From a virus (taxonomy: Duplodnaviria > Caudoviricetes): a stretch of 64,000 nucleotides of DNA. The notes beneath the pieces are model-generated. The model ran no database searches, had not been told where the DNA came from, and saw only the letters and a program-made list of their open reading frames with translations. Position numbers and translations under genes: made by a program. Where the stretch lies: the IMG/VR virus record IMGVR_UViG_3300025087_000034, one strand, 5' to 3'. Of the stretch, positions 18,387 to 27,138 are shown in pieces; within the stretch, counting starts at the first letter, position 1, and every line of letters starts with the position of its first letter.

Positions 18387-19325
18387 TCACAGTTCCTCAC
18401 TATGGAAAGCACACAGCCAGTTATCCTTGCTTTGCTTTCTTGTATCTTGGGTTTTTGCATTAATATAGCTGAGGTATCCCTCCATATCAGAATAACAATC
18501 TTCATAAGGATCTATATATTCAGTTTCCTTCTCTCCTTTTGGGGTCTCCTTTATGAGAGGGGGTTTCTCAGAAGTCTCTATTTTGGTTTTTGTATCTTGT
18601 AAGTTAAGATCTTTAATGTTTGTTGCCCAGGTTCTACCTATTATATGTTGGTCTTCTACCTTGTCAACATCCAGACCATTAAGATTACAATGTTCGAAAC
18701 CTATAGGTGTTATAGCTTGCGTCTTTTCGAATACTGTGCTTATGGCATTCAAAACATTAGTTACATAGGTATAGGTGGGGGTTGTACGTCTATTGAAAAT
18801 ACATTTTAGAAATTTTGTATCATCAAATATACAATTTACGAATCTTACCTGTGTGGTTCTATCTTCTTCTGAACTTCTGGGATCTACGATTCCGTCGAAT
18901 ACACATTTAAGAAAGGTGCACCTACGAAATATGCACCCATCAAATCTTGTATGTTCAAATAAGCATTCCTCAAAAACACAATCTATAAATTGTGTGTCCG
19001 ACCATATGGTGTTTAGGCCTATTTCGTTTTCCTTAAATACACACTTGTTAAAGAGAGTTTTGTTCGTAGTAAAACCCTCAAAATTTATTAAGAATAGTTC
19101 ATTTGCCACCATATTTATGTCAGAAAAGTGGGTATCTCTTATAGTAAGACTGGATAGCGTAGTTTTTTCCATACAGCTATTTGACAATAGACACGACTCT
19201 ATAGTGAGTAATTCTATCTCGCTGTCTTCTAAATCTATATCAGTTAATGTTTTCCCTACTATTAGATTGCCGGTAATATAAGCTTTCTTAGCAGTTAATC
19301 CTGAGAAGAGTTGGTTAATTTTCAT
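18387..19325 (-). CDS. Pentapeptide-repeat protein
   Basis: Runs such as QFIDC-VFEEC-LFEHT-RFDGC-IFRRC-TFLKC. Confidence 0.8.
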   Translation of the reverse strand: MKINQLFSGLTAKKAYITGNLIVGKTLTDIDLEDSEIELLTIESCLLSNSCMEKTTLSSLTIRDTHFSDINMVANELFLINFEGFTTNKTLFNKCVFKENEIGLNTIWSDTQFIDCVFEECLFEHTRFDGCIFRRCTFLKCVFDGIVDPRSSEEDRTTQVRFVNCIFDDTKFLKCIFNRRTTPTYTYVTNVLNAISTVFEKTQAITPIGFEHCNLNGLDVDKVEDQHIIGRTWATNIKDLNLQDTKTKIETSEKPPLIKETPKGEKETEYIDPYEDCYSDMEGYLSYINAKTQDTRKQSKDNWLCAFHSEEL

Positions 19326-20017
19326 ATCAGGCCCCTGGAACAGAATGAAACCATACCACGGTTTTCTATCTTGGGTATCGTTTTATTTATGACCGGTACT
19401 TTTTCATTATAAGTAGGGATGAGCCCATGAGTACTTAAACAATGCTGTACAGTAAATGGAAGAGACCCATCTATGAAGTTATATTTGTTCTGCCTTGTTC
19501 TTACCTGGTTATATTCTGGGTATGTTTTACTAATTCTACTAAACCTACCTAGAGCAGTGTTAGGTAGGAAATCACAGAATTTGAATGCTGGCTTGTCCTT
19601 TTCTACCCATCGAGACATAGAAAAGTTGGTTCCAGATAGGGACGAATTTTTTATCTGGGTTTCTATGAATGAACATTTATTAAATAGACTATTTATAAAG
19701 GCACAGAGGTCGAAAACACACCTTATAAAGGTTATATTATTGAATATACAGTCGTATATAATGGAGTTTTCTATGTGTGTATCTAAGATAACTCCATTTT
19801 GTATTCCAGAGTTTTTTGCATGTAAGCCTGAGATAATAGTATCTTTTATAGCTATTTTATAAGCTAGGCTATTTGTAATATATGGAATATATATTTTACA
19901 GCTGCCTGCTTCTAGATCGCCTAACTGTTTTTTATCTGCCTCTAAAGCTTCGATTATCTTGCCTTTAATGACCTGTTTGTTTATCGTGATAGCTGTGGCT
20001 GTAGGATTTGTTCTCAT
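19322..20017 (-). CDS. Pentapeptide-repeat protein
   Basis: IFNNI-TFIRC-VFDLC-AFINS-LFNKC-SFIET. Confidence 0.75.
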   Translation of the reverse strand: MRTNPTATAITINKQVIKGKIIEALEADKKQLGDLEAGSCKIYIPYITNSLAYKIAIKDTIISGLHAKNSGIQNGVILDTHIENSIIYDCIFNNITFIRCVFDLCAFINSLFNKCSFIETQIKNSSLSGTNFSMSRWVEKDKPAFKFCDFLPNTALGRFSRISKTYPEYNQVRTRQNKYNFIDGSLPFTVQHCLSTHGLIPTYNEKVPVINKTIPKIENRGMVSFCSRGLI

Positions 20018-20048
20018 TGAATTCGTCTTGGGGTCTTTTAGATTGGGG

Positions 20049-20870
20049 TTAGTTGGACATCAATCTTAGAAGGCTATCAGCATAGATAGTCGCTGTTGTG
20101 GAGCTTTCATCTGTGAGACAAGGAGTAGTGTTTATTTCTAAAACATAGGCTTGTTTGTTATCTTTTGAGTAAACAATATCTACTGCTCCATAATGTAGCT
20201 CAAATTTTTGTAGTGTTAATATGGATACCCTATTTATTAGGTCGATAACCTTAGGATCACTATATGAAGGGGCTAGAAAACTATAGCCATTGTCATGATT
20301 TTTTATAATAGAAGACTCCGTCTTTGTTGTGACTTTTTTTTCTGATAGTTTTGCTATGTAATAATCCTCAATTCTCTTAGGATTTAGTATGTTACTAAAT
20401 ACATGAGCCCTGAATTCCCTTGTATTTTTTATAAACTTTATAAAATGAGTGGCCCCTTGTAGTTCGGCACTTCTAGCTTCTTTCATATTTTCGCAAAACC
20501 AGAATCCAGAGGCTTTCATATGATAGGTTGTTCTTCCTATAACAGGGAACTCTGCTTTAGATATTTCTTTTGCACTAAGCCATAGTATAGGAGCAGGGAT
20601 TCCCTTTGCTTTGAATCGTATTCTTGCTAGTCGTTTATTGGCACTAATTGCTATTTTAGAGGGATGGTTTATTATTGTAGGTTTACCTATAATAATAAAT
20701 ATGGAAGAATTTCCCACATTTACTATATAATCGAACTCCCTCCCTTTTATTCTTTTTCCATCAGGTATCCCCTGTAGAACTTCATTGTTTTTATCTGTTC
20801 CTTGTAAGGCAGTTACTAGGGCATTAGCAGACTGTGCTCCCTTTGCATTATGTAACACTAATATTTTCAT
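20049..20870 (-). CDS. ATP-grasp ligase (RimK/YheCD-like)
   Basis: EFRAHV, YGAVDIV..AYVLEINTTP (intact ExN metal motif), ISANKRLAR. Confidence 0.8.
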   Translation of the reverse strand: MKILVLHNAKGAQSANALVTALQGTDKNNEVLQGIPDGKRIKGREFDYIVNVGNSSIFIIIGKPTIINHPSKIAISANKRLARIRFKAKGIPAPILWLSAKEISKAEFPVIGRTTYHMKASGFWFCENMKEARSAELQGATHFIKFIKNTREFRAHVFSNILNPKRIEDYYIAKLSEKKVTTKTESSIIKNHDNGYSFLAPSYSDPKVIDLINRVSILTLQKFELHYGAVDIVYSKDNKQAYVLEINTTPCLTDESSTTATIYADSLLRLMSN

Positions 20871-20879
20871 TATCTCTCC

Positions 20880-21608
20880 TTAGCTAAGTTTACAATATAT
20901 TCCTTGTGTATTAAAACTCCAGCGTAGTCTCTGTTCACAATTACTACAGCGTGTATATATATTATTTTTCTTAGTACAAGAAAAATTATAAAATAGTTTA
21001 TCTATGGTGTCTATGTGGGAGTCACATGAAGGACAATATCCAAAAAATATTCCCGGAGAGACACTATAATAGGTATCTTGTGTTCCCCCTTCTATATTAG
21101 GGGAGGCAGTGTTGAATCTTGTTACAACAAAAGCCTGAAATAGAGCTTTTTGTATAGAATTAGGTGTAGAATCTGGATTTATAAATAGGGGCATAACACT
21201 AGAGTATATCTTTTCTAATATGAGGCCTATTTTGGAATCCTCTTCTTCATTTAGAGAGGATAGACTATAACTGTTGGGTATTTGTTCAGTATTTATTGCA
21301 TAATGCTTATATCCAGAAGGGAATTCTCTTACATCAATAATTCTCTTTTCTGTTTCTTTTAGCAGTTCTGTAAAAATACTACCACAAAAATCAGAATTTT
21401 TAACAACCACACTATTATAGTGGGTGTCTTTCTCTATACAGATAACTTCAGAGTTAAGAACCTTTGTAGGTATCTGACAGGTTTGGTATTTTTCTGCTTT
21501 TATTATACATAAGGTATCTTTATTAAGAGGACTTATTTTTATATTTAGGTTAGTTTCTTCCAGTTCTCTTCTAGATACTACTTTGTATATCATTCCGGGT
21601 TTACTCAT
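20880..21608 (-). CDS. Hypothetical protein with C-terminal zinc ribbon
   Basis: CPSC...CSNC. Confidence 0.55.
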   Translation of the reverse strand: MSKPGMIYKVVSRRELEETNLNIKISPLNKDTLCIIKAEKYQTCQIPTKVLNSEVICIEKDTHYNSVVVKNSDFCGSIFTELLKETEKRIIDVREFPSGYKHYAINTEQIPNSYSLSSLNEEEDSKIGLILEKIYSSVMPLFINPDSTPNSIQKALFQAFVVTRFNTASPNIEGGTQDTYYSVSPGIFFGYCPSCDSHIDTIDKLFYNFSCTKKNNIYTRCSNCEQRLRWSFNTQGIYCKLS

Positions 21609-22407
21609 TTGAAATAAGTCTGCATATTCTCGGATAAGCTAGGGGTGAGTTAGAATAAGTGCTATTATTGTAGGGAAGTAGGTCAGTTGTGCACATGCAA
21701 AAATTTAGTTCAAACGTACTCTTGTGGTCACAGTCAGAACATACTATGGTAAACTTATTTTCGTTTGTTACAGCTACTTCCACGTCTGATCTAAAAGTTA
21801 GAGTACTCCCACAATGGCTACATAGAGTATAAGCAGCACTAATTATAGAAGATACTATAAATTTGTGTTCTACTCCTTCCACAAAGGGTATTTCAGGAGG
21901 AGTAGTGTCCCAATTTGTGGCACAGTGGCCTCCAGCTTTTTTGTGATATTGATAGCCCACAAGCCTTTTTTGTATAAAATATTTTTGTATATAAATAGGA
22001 AATTTGCTAATATTTATTTCTCTTCTTATTGTTTCAAATCCACTTAAAATTTCCAATGGAACCACTATTGGAATAGTATTAAAACGCAGTAGGGATGGTG
22101 TTAATGAATAGTTAAGAGGGTATAAGAATATTTTTTCTTTATACTCTTTTATAGGGCGAAATTCTTCCGGTAGAACGACAAAGATAATATGTTTCAGATT
22201 TTCTATTTCGGATTCTGCTAGGGTCATGACGAAGGAATCCAAAAGAGAGATAAGCTTTATATTTCCCTGGTTTTCTCGTATTGTTTCACCAAACTTTAAT
22301 TCTTCTGATTTTATCTTGAGTATGGTTCCACTAAAAGGTCTAGCTATTTTTGTCACTTTTGTTACCACCTTTTTTATAGTCTGTAGTATACCAACCAGTA
22401 CCGACAA
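21601..22407 (-). CDS. Hypothetical protein with C-terminal zinc ribbon
   Basis: CSHCG...CSDC. Confidence 0.55.
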   Translation of the reverse strand: MSVLVGILQTIKKVVTKVTKIARPFSGTILKIKSEELKFGETIRENQGNIKLISLLDSFVMTLAESEIENLKHIIFVVLPEEFRPIKEYKEKIFLYPLNYSLTPSLLRFNTIPIVVPLEILSGFETIRREINISKFPIYIQKYFIQKRLVGYQYHKKAGGHCATNWDTTPPEIPFVEGVEHKFIVSSIISAAYTLCSHCGSTLTFRSDVEVAVTNENKFTIVCSDCDHKSTFELNFCMCTTDLLPYNNSTYSNSPLAYPRICRLISNE

Positions 22408-22549
22408 GATGAAATGAGGTCGCCTGTATTTGAATTCGCATTTTTGACTTGCATTTAGGACAAACCTTGTCGTTTCTTTTATCTGATGCCTTTTGCTCTA
22501 TTTCTCGTTCTCTACCACAATTTTCACACTTGAAAAGATAGAAAGGCAT
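22340..22549 (-). CDS. FmdB-family zinc-ribbon protein
   Basis: MPFYLFKCENCG...CPKC...FHLVGTGWYTTDY. Confidence 0.8.
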   Translation of the reverse strand: MPFYLFKCENCGREREIEQKASDKRNDKVCPKCKSKMRIQIQATSFHLVGTGWYTTDYKKGGNKSDKNS

Positions 22550-23622
22550 TAAATATCCTCCGAAAAGAAAACTCGTATAAACCTGTCTTTTTTCAAGGCG
22601 ACTTCAAGAACTGGTTTTATATGTGACGGTAAAGGAATCGTAGTTTTACTTTCTAATCCAAAGCCTGAGTACGATACAGCCGATGCAATGTCTTTTTGGC
22701 AGGCTCTTATTTTCGTTGTTACACCACTAAATTTATAAGGACATATTATAAGTTTAGCTTTCTCCGTATCTTCTATAATATTTCCCTCGCTACAAATAAG
22801 TTCTGATATAATAAAGTCTTTAAACACTGCTTCTTTCCCTATTGTAGTACGAATAAGACTACAGGACACCGCCTTTACGTCCAGGATTTCACAGCCAACT
22901 ATACCTGAGTCTACTATTTTGGTAAGTAAAAGCATACATTCCGATAAAGTAGACCCTACAAAAGATACTTTTGACAGGGTACAAAAAAAGAAGTCACACT
23001 CGTGTATCTCCACCTCATTGAGACTGAGATCGTCTATTGTGGACTTAAAAAATGTACAATCATAGAATATTATCTTACCGTTATATTTGTGTCTAGCATC
23101 ATAGATTCTTTCACTAAATTCACAGGCTATAAATTTGCAACCAGAAAAGGAAATAAACTCTATGTATTCAAAATCTGTAAAGGTACAATTAGCAAAGCTA
23201 CAATTTATAAATTCTAATCCTGTGTTTGGGGAACATACTTGTGTAAACTCACAGTGGTCAAAATAGCAATCTCTATATTTACCCATAGTAGCCTGATGAG
23301 CACTAAGATAACAATCTGAGAACAGACAATTATAAAAATCTTCTTCTAAACTTGATAATAAACTAAAATCACATTTATCAAACGCTGTGTTCTCCTTACC
23401 ATAATCAGACCAATTGTGTACACTTTTTTTACTTATGGTTTCATTCGTAATTATAAAGTCTTTTGTTAACTTTAATTTTTTATAGATATAGCCTTGCATG
23501 TGTGTTCTTGTTAACCTCTTTCTTGTGCTCCCATATAATATAGCGTTTTGCTGTCCAGCAGCAATAGCGAACATACTAACCAAGCCATAGATAAGTTTCC
23601 TATAACATAAGAGCATCACCAA
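22549..23622 (-). CDS. Pentapeptide-repeat protein
   Basis: Long xFxxC/xFxxS pentapeptide runs. Confidence 0.8.
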   Translation of the reverse strand: MVMLLCYRKLIYGLVSMFAIAAGQQNAILYGSTRKRLTRTHMQGYIYKKLKLTKDFIITNETISKKSVHNWSDYGKENTAFDKCDFSLLSSLEEDFYNCLFSDCYLSAHQATMGKYRDCYFDHCEFTQVCSPNTGLEFINCSFANCTFTDFEYIEFISFSGCKFIACEFSERIYDARHKYNGKIIFYDCTFFKSTIDDLSLNEVEIHECDFFFCTLSKVSFVGSTLSECMLLLTKIVDSGIVGCEILDVKAVSCSLIRTTIGKEAVFKDFIISELICSEGNIIEDTEKAKLIICPYKFSGVTTKIRACQKDIASAVSYSGFGLESKTTIPLPSHIKPVLEVALKKDRFIRVFFSEDI

Positions 23623-23625
23623 TTT

Positions 23626-23730
23626 AAAAAGAGGTACAGCTCTAGTACCTACCCAAACGTAGGAACCACGTTGTGGTATCGTGGTGTGTTCAGGACGTGC
23701 TTTTTACACCATATAGGTCTTTTTCCTATG
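23626..23730 (-). ncRNA. Candidate attenuator-like leader with five hairpins (two overlapping pairs), ending in a terminator-like stem
   Basis: Stems at 23713-23729, 23682-23711, 23666-23684, 23648-23663 and 23632-23650, followed on the minus strand by CTTTTT. Confidence 0.4.
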
Positions 23731-23774
23731 CACCGGGGTTTCTATTCTAGCTATTATATATAGGAGCGTAATAA

Positions 23775-24848
23775 TCAATTTTGTGATTTCTGGCTTCTGG
23801 AGGCCACAACCGTTTGAATTCTATTTTCGAAATCCCTCTGTTTTTGTGTTATCGGAGCCACTTCCCTACCAAGTCTATCAGCCTGCCTAAGAATAAATAG
23901 TGGAAACAAACTCAAATTATTCATGTCTTCCAACTTTAGATTCACCCTCTCAACAAAGCGCATAACCGTAGAATCTTTCCATTTTCTATCATATTGATAC
24001 ATATGATTAGATACCAGATGATATATAATTTTTCCTTCGTCAGAGTTGTGCAATTCAAGTCTATTTAAGATATTGGCTACTAATTTAGATCCCAAGACTT
24101 CGTGTTTATGAAAGGTGGCCCCTTTTTCATTTTTCCCCTTTGTACCTGGTTTTCCAACATCGTGTACTAGAGCAGCAAATTTTATAGTGTAATCGTTCGT
24201 AGGGCACAAGTCACAGGCCATAAGACAATGGTCATATACAGTGAACTTGTGGTACAGTTCATTTTGTGTAATGCCAAAGCAATTAGATAATTCAGGGAGA
24301 ATAATATCTAGAGCCCCCACAAGCCTTAAAAACTCTATTCCTGTCGAGGGTTTTGTTGATTTTATTAGTCTCTTTAGTTCTCTCCATATAAATCTACCAG
24401 GAGTCTGTGCTAACTTTGCTACATTCTTACTTATAGAGAGGAGTAGCCTTTCTGATATAGAGAAACCGGTTTCCGCTTTCAAAGCTGCGGCTCTGATTAT
24501 AAGTTGTGGTTTCTCAGCTAACTCCTGTTCTGGTTCGTGTACTGTTGTTATTCTTTTTTTCTCTATATCTTTCATAGCTCCATAAGGGTCTATTATCTCC
24601 TTGGTTGAGGAGTTCAAGAGAAGGCCATCTAGTTTAAACGGCTGTATGGGTAGATACTTTGTTGGAGTACAGTGAGTTACGTGTTTTACTTTTATCCCTT
24701 TTGCAATTATTTGTTCCGAGGTGTCAAAAGAAACTAGGTAGACTTCTTCTGGAGTGAGGTCCATAATTAGCAAACATGCAGTGGTATAACTGAAATACAG
24801 GTTCTTGTTTCGGTATCCTTGTACCAGAGGTATAAGGCTATTTGTCAT
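23775..24848 (-). CDS. CCA-adding enzyme/poly(A) polymerase homolog with degenerate NTase head and intact HD domain
   Basis: DPYGAMKDI and PGRFIWRELKRL body motifs, VYDHC..ALVHDVGKP..FHKHE HD motifs; no GGxVRD, DxD or RRD. Confidence 0.8.
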   Translation of the reverse strand: MTNSLIPLVQGYRNKNLYFSYTTACLLIMDLTPEEVYLVSFDTSEQIIAKGIKVKHVTHCTPTKYLPIQPFKLDGLLLNSSTKEIIDPYGAMKDIEKKRITTVHEPEQELAEKPQLIIRAAALKAETGFSISERLLLSISKNVAKLAQTPGRFIWRELKRLIKSTKPSTGIEFLRLVGALDIILPELSNCFGITQNELYHKFTVYDHCLMACDLCPTNDYTIKFAALVHDVGKPGTKGKNEKGATFHKHEVLGSKLVANILNRLELHNSDEGKIIYHLVSNHMYQYDRKWKDSTVMRFVERVNLKLEDMNNLSLFPLFILRQADRLGREVAPITQKQRDFENRIQTVVASRSQKSQN

Positions 24849-25677
24849 CTTTGACTTTTTTCTCCGCTGATTTTAGGAGACCCCAAATAGCTTGGCGCGA
24901 AACTCTTCTAGGAGTAATACCTTCTGAAAAGACTACGTCCGCGATGTCTTCATTGTTGAGGCCTTGTTGATGAAGGACTAGTATAGAAGCCTTTTTCTTG
25001 CCCATATTTTCTCTTAGTTTTTCAACTAATTCATTTGCAGCAACATTATTTATTATGCTATCTTCACTAGTTATATGGTGTGACATTGCTGACTCGTCGT
25101 CTGGAACTTCTATAGTTATACTTTCGTAGGCAAGGCTGACTATTGTTTCATAAGTGGTCTTCGAGTTCTTTGCCAGCTTATCTACCATTGCCTTTATACA
25201 TCTTAACTTATCTAATGAACCGATAGAAAGTAGTAATTCTGCTTCGTGCTGCCAAACTCCTATTATTTCTCTAGGTTCTATATGACGACAGAATAATGTA
25301 TGTTCCTGTTCCAAGAGCCTAGTCATTCTATCTATATAGACCCTTGTTTTACTTATATAAATGGGGACAGATATAGATGTAGTATTTTTTATGCAGTATT
25401 CATATAAACGACCTTTTATTCTTGTTATAGCATGTATATCAAAATTGGATGAACGTGTAGGATCAAAATGCCTTGAAGCTTCTATAAGCCCTATTATTCC
25501 ACACATTACAAGATCTTCATACTCTACCCCGGGTCTTACGTATTTTTCAGCCATAGTTAATACCAATTTTATATATTTTTTTATATCCTTTTCCTCTTTA
25601 TTCTTTGGTATGTATCCATTAATTATATATGATATGTGTCTAAAAAATTCGGGTGACATTCTTTTGCTTCCAGACAT
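24838..25677 (-). CDS. Sigma70-family RNA polymerase sigma factor
   Basis: Region 2 EDLVMCGIIGLIEASRHFDPTRSSNF; region 4 HTH EDIAD...VSRQAI. Confidence 0.85.
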   Translation of the reverse strand: MSGSKRMSPEFFRHISYIINGYIPKNKEEKDIKKYIKLVLTMAEKYVRPGVEYEDLVMCGIIGLIEASRHFDPTRSSNFDIHAITRIKGRLYEYCIKNTTSISVPIYISKTRVYIDRMTRLLEQEHTLFCRHIEPREIIGVWQHEAELLLSIGSLDKLRCIKAMVDKLAKNSKTTYETIVSLAYESITIEVPDDESAMSHHITSEDSIINNVAANELVEKLRENMGKKKASILVLHQQGLNNEDIADVVFSEGITPRRVSRQAIWGLLKSAEKKVKDDK

Positions 25678-25689
25678 TTTGGATCCTAT

Positions 25690-26676
25690 TTAGTGTGGGG
25701 CAAATTTTCTGCCTATTTCTATATAACCATTTTCTTTTAAGTATTCTACTCCTTTTTTGGATATTATCCTCCCTCTGCTAGTTCTTATAAGTAGACCTTG
25801 CTGTATAAGATACGGTTCTGTGCTATTTTGTATAGTTTCGGGGGATTCATTTAGCAATATAGATGTTGTATCAAGTCCTAGTGGAACCCCTGTTTCATAC
25901 ATAGTTTTTAAATATTTTATGTCAGTATATAATAGCCCATTTTTGTCTATTCCTATAATATTAAAAACTGAGGAACATTCATCCATAGTTATAGTGTCTC
26001 TTTTTAACACCACAACAGCATCCCAAACACGATATAATAGGTTTACGACTATGCGAGGGACACCTCTTGCTCGAGAAGCGATAGCTTCCGCGGCATCTTG
26101 TGTTATCTGCATTTTATTTATTTCTGCATGTTTTATAGCTATTTGTGTAGTTTCTTCTAGGTTATAGGTTTTGAAGTGAAAACCCATTCTAAATCTGTCC
26201 CTAAAAGGCTTTGATAGTTTACCGGCTAGCGTTGTAGCTCCTATGATAGTAAATTGTGGAACCCACATTTCCCAGTTTTCACCTGTGTATTGATTTTTTG
26301 TAACAATATAGTGTTCTTCCATTGCTATACCAAGAGACTCTTGTCCATTTGTTGGAAGCCTGTGTATTTCGTCCAAAAATATTATTGTTGGTTTGATTTT
26401 ACTTACCTTTAATCCTTCTTTTGTGTATCCCTCTACAGACAGTTTTTCTATGAGCTCATACACATCTTTAGATGTTTTTAGGCTCTCCGACGGAACCTTC
26501 AACATCCCTGCTCCTTGGTGTATAGCAAGAGCCTTCGACATAGTGGTTTTTCCACATCCAGAGGCACCTGTAAATAGAGTATGCGGTATAGCCTCATTAT
26601 TTATTCTTGCTGCCTCACTGGCTATTGTTAATTGTAGCTTTATATTATTATTCCCTATTATATCATTAAATCTCAA
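25690..26676 (-). CDS. ruvB: Holliday junction branch-migration ATPase RuvB
   Basis: GASGCGKTT, FLDEIHRL, GATTLAGKLSKPFRDRF, ARGVPRI, EPYLIQQG..RTSRGR. Confidence 0.93.
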   Translation of the reverse strand: MRFNDIIGNNNIKLQLTIASEAARINNEAIPHTLFTGASGCGKTTMSKALAIHQGAGMLKVPSESLKTSKDVYELIEKLSVEGYTKEGLKVSKIKPTIIFLDEIHRLPTNGQESLGIAMEEHYIVTKNQYTGENWEMWVPQFTIIGATTLAGKLSKPFRDRFRMGFHFKTYNLEETTQIAIKHAEINKMQITQDAAEAIASRARGVPRIVVNLLYRVWDAVVVLKRDTITMDECSSVFNIIGIDKNGLLYTDIKYLKTMYETGVPLGLDTTSILLNESPETIQNSTEPYLIQQGLLIRTSRGRIISKKGVEYLKENGYIEIGRKFAPH

Positions 26677-26685
26677 AATTTCCTC

Positions 26686-27138
26686 CTACTGATTTTGAAC
26701 ATTAACATTTGGTACCCACTTTGGGGCCGTTTTAATTAAGCAGAGAATTATTTTTTCATCCGTTTGGTATCCCCCCACTATCTTAAATCCAGCAGACCCA
26801 AATGTTTTTATCGACCCTTCGTTATCCCTTCTTACCATGGCATATATTAAGGGAGTCTGCGAGGACTTTATTCCGGCTTCCACTAATGTCTTCGCTATGC
26901 CTTGTTTTCTTAGCAACTCGGTTACACATAGGTGTTTCAACTCGGTAATATTGTAAGATTGTTTATTTACTCTTATACATCCCACGACAATATTCTTGAA
27001 TGTCTCTATTATGTATTCGTTTGAATTGCTTAGAATTTCGTCTATATCGTGGACGGTGCCCAGTTGGTTGTATTTATTTATTAGGGCAGTTATTTGTACG
27101 GCTATTTTTGTATCTGTTAGTATTCGTCTAAAGCTCAC
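26686..27138 (-). CDS. GNAT-family acetyltransferase
   Basis: ELKHLCV..LRKQGIAKTL; NEGSIKTF..AGF. Confidence 0.75.
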   Translation of the reverse strand: MSFRRILTDTKIAVQITALINKYNQLGTVHDIDEILSNSNEYIIETFKNIVVGCIRVNKQSYNITELKHLCVTELLRKQGIAKTLVEAGIKSSQTPLIYAMVRRDNEGSIKTFGSAGFKIVGGYQTDEKIILCLIKTAPKWVPNVNVQNQ

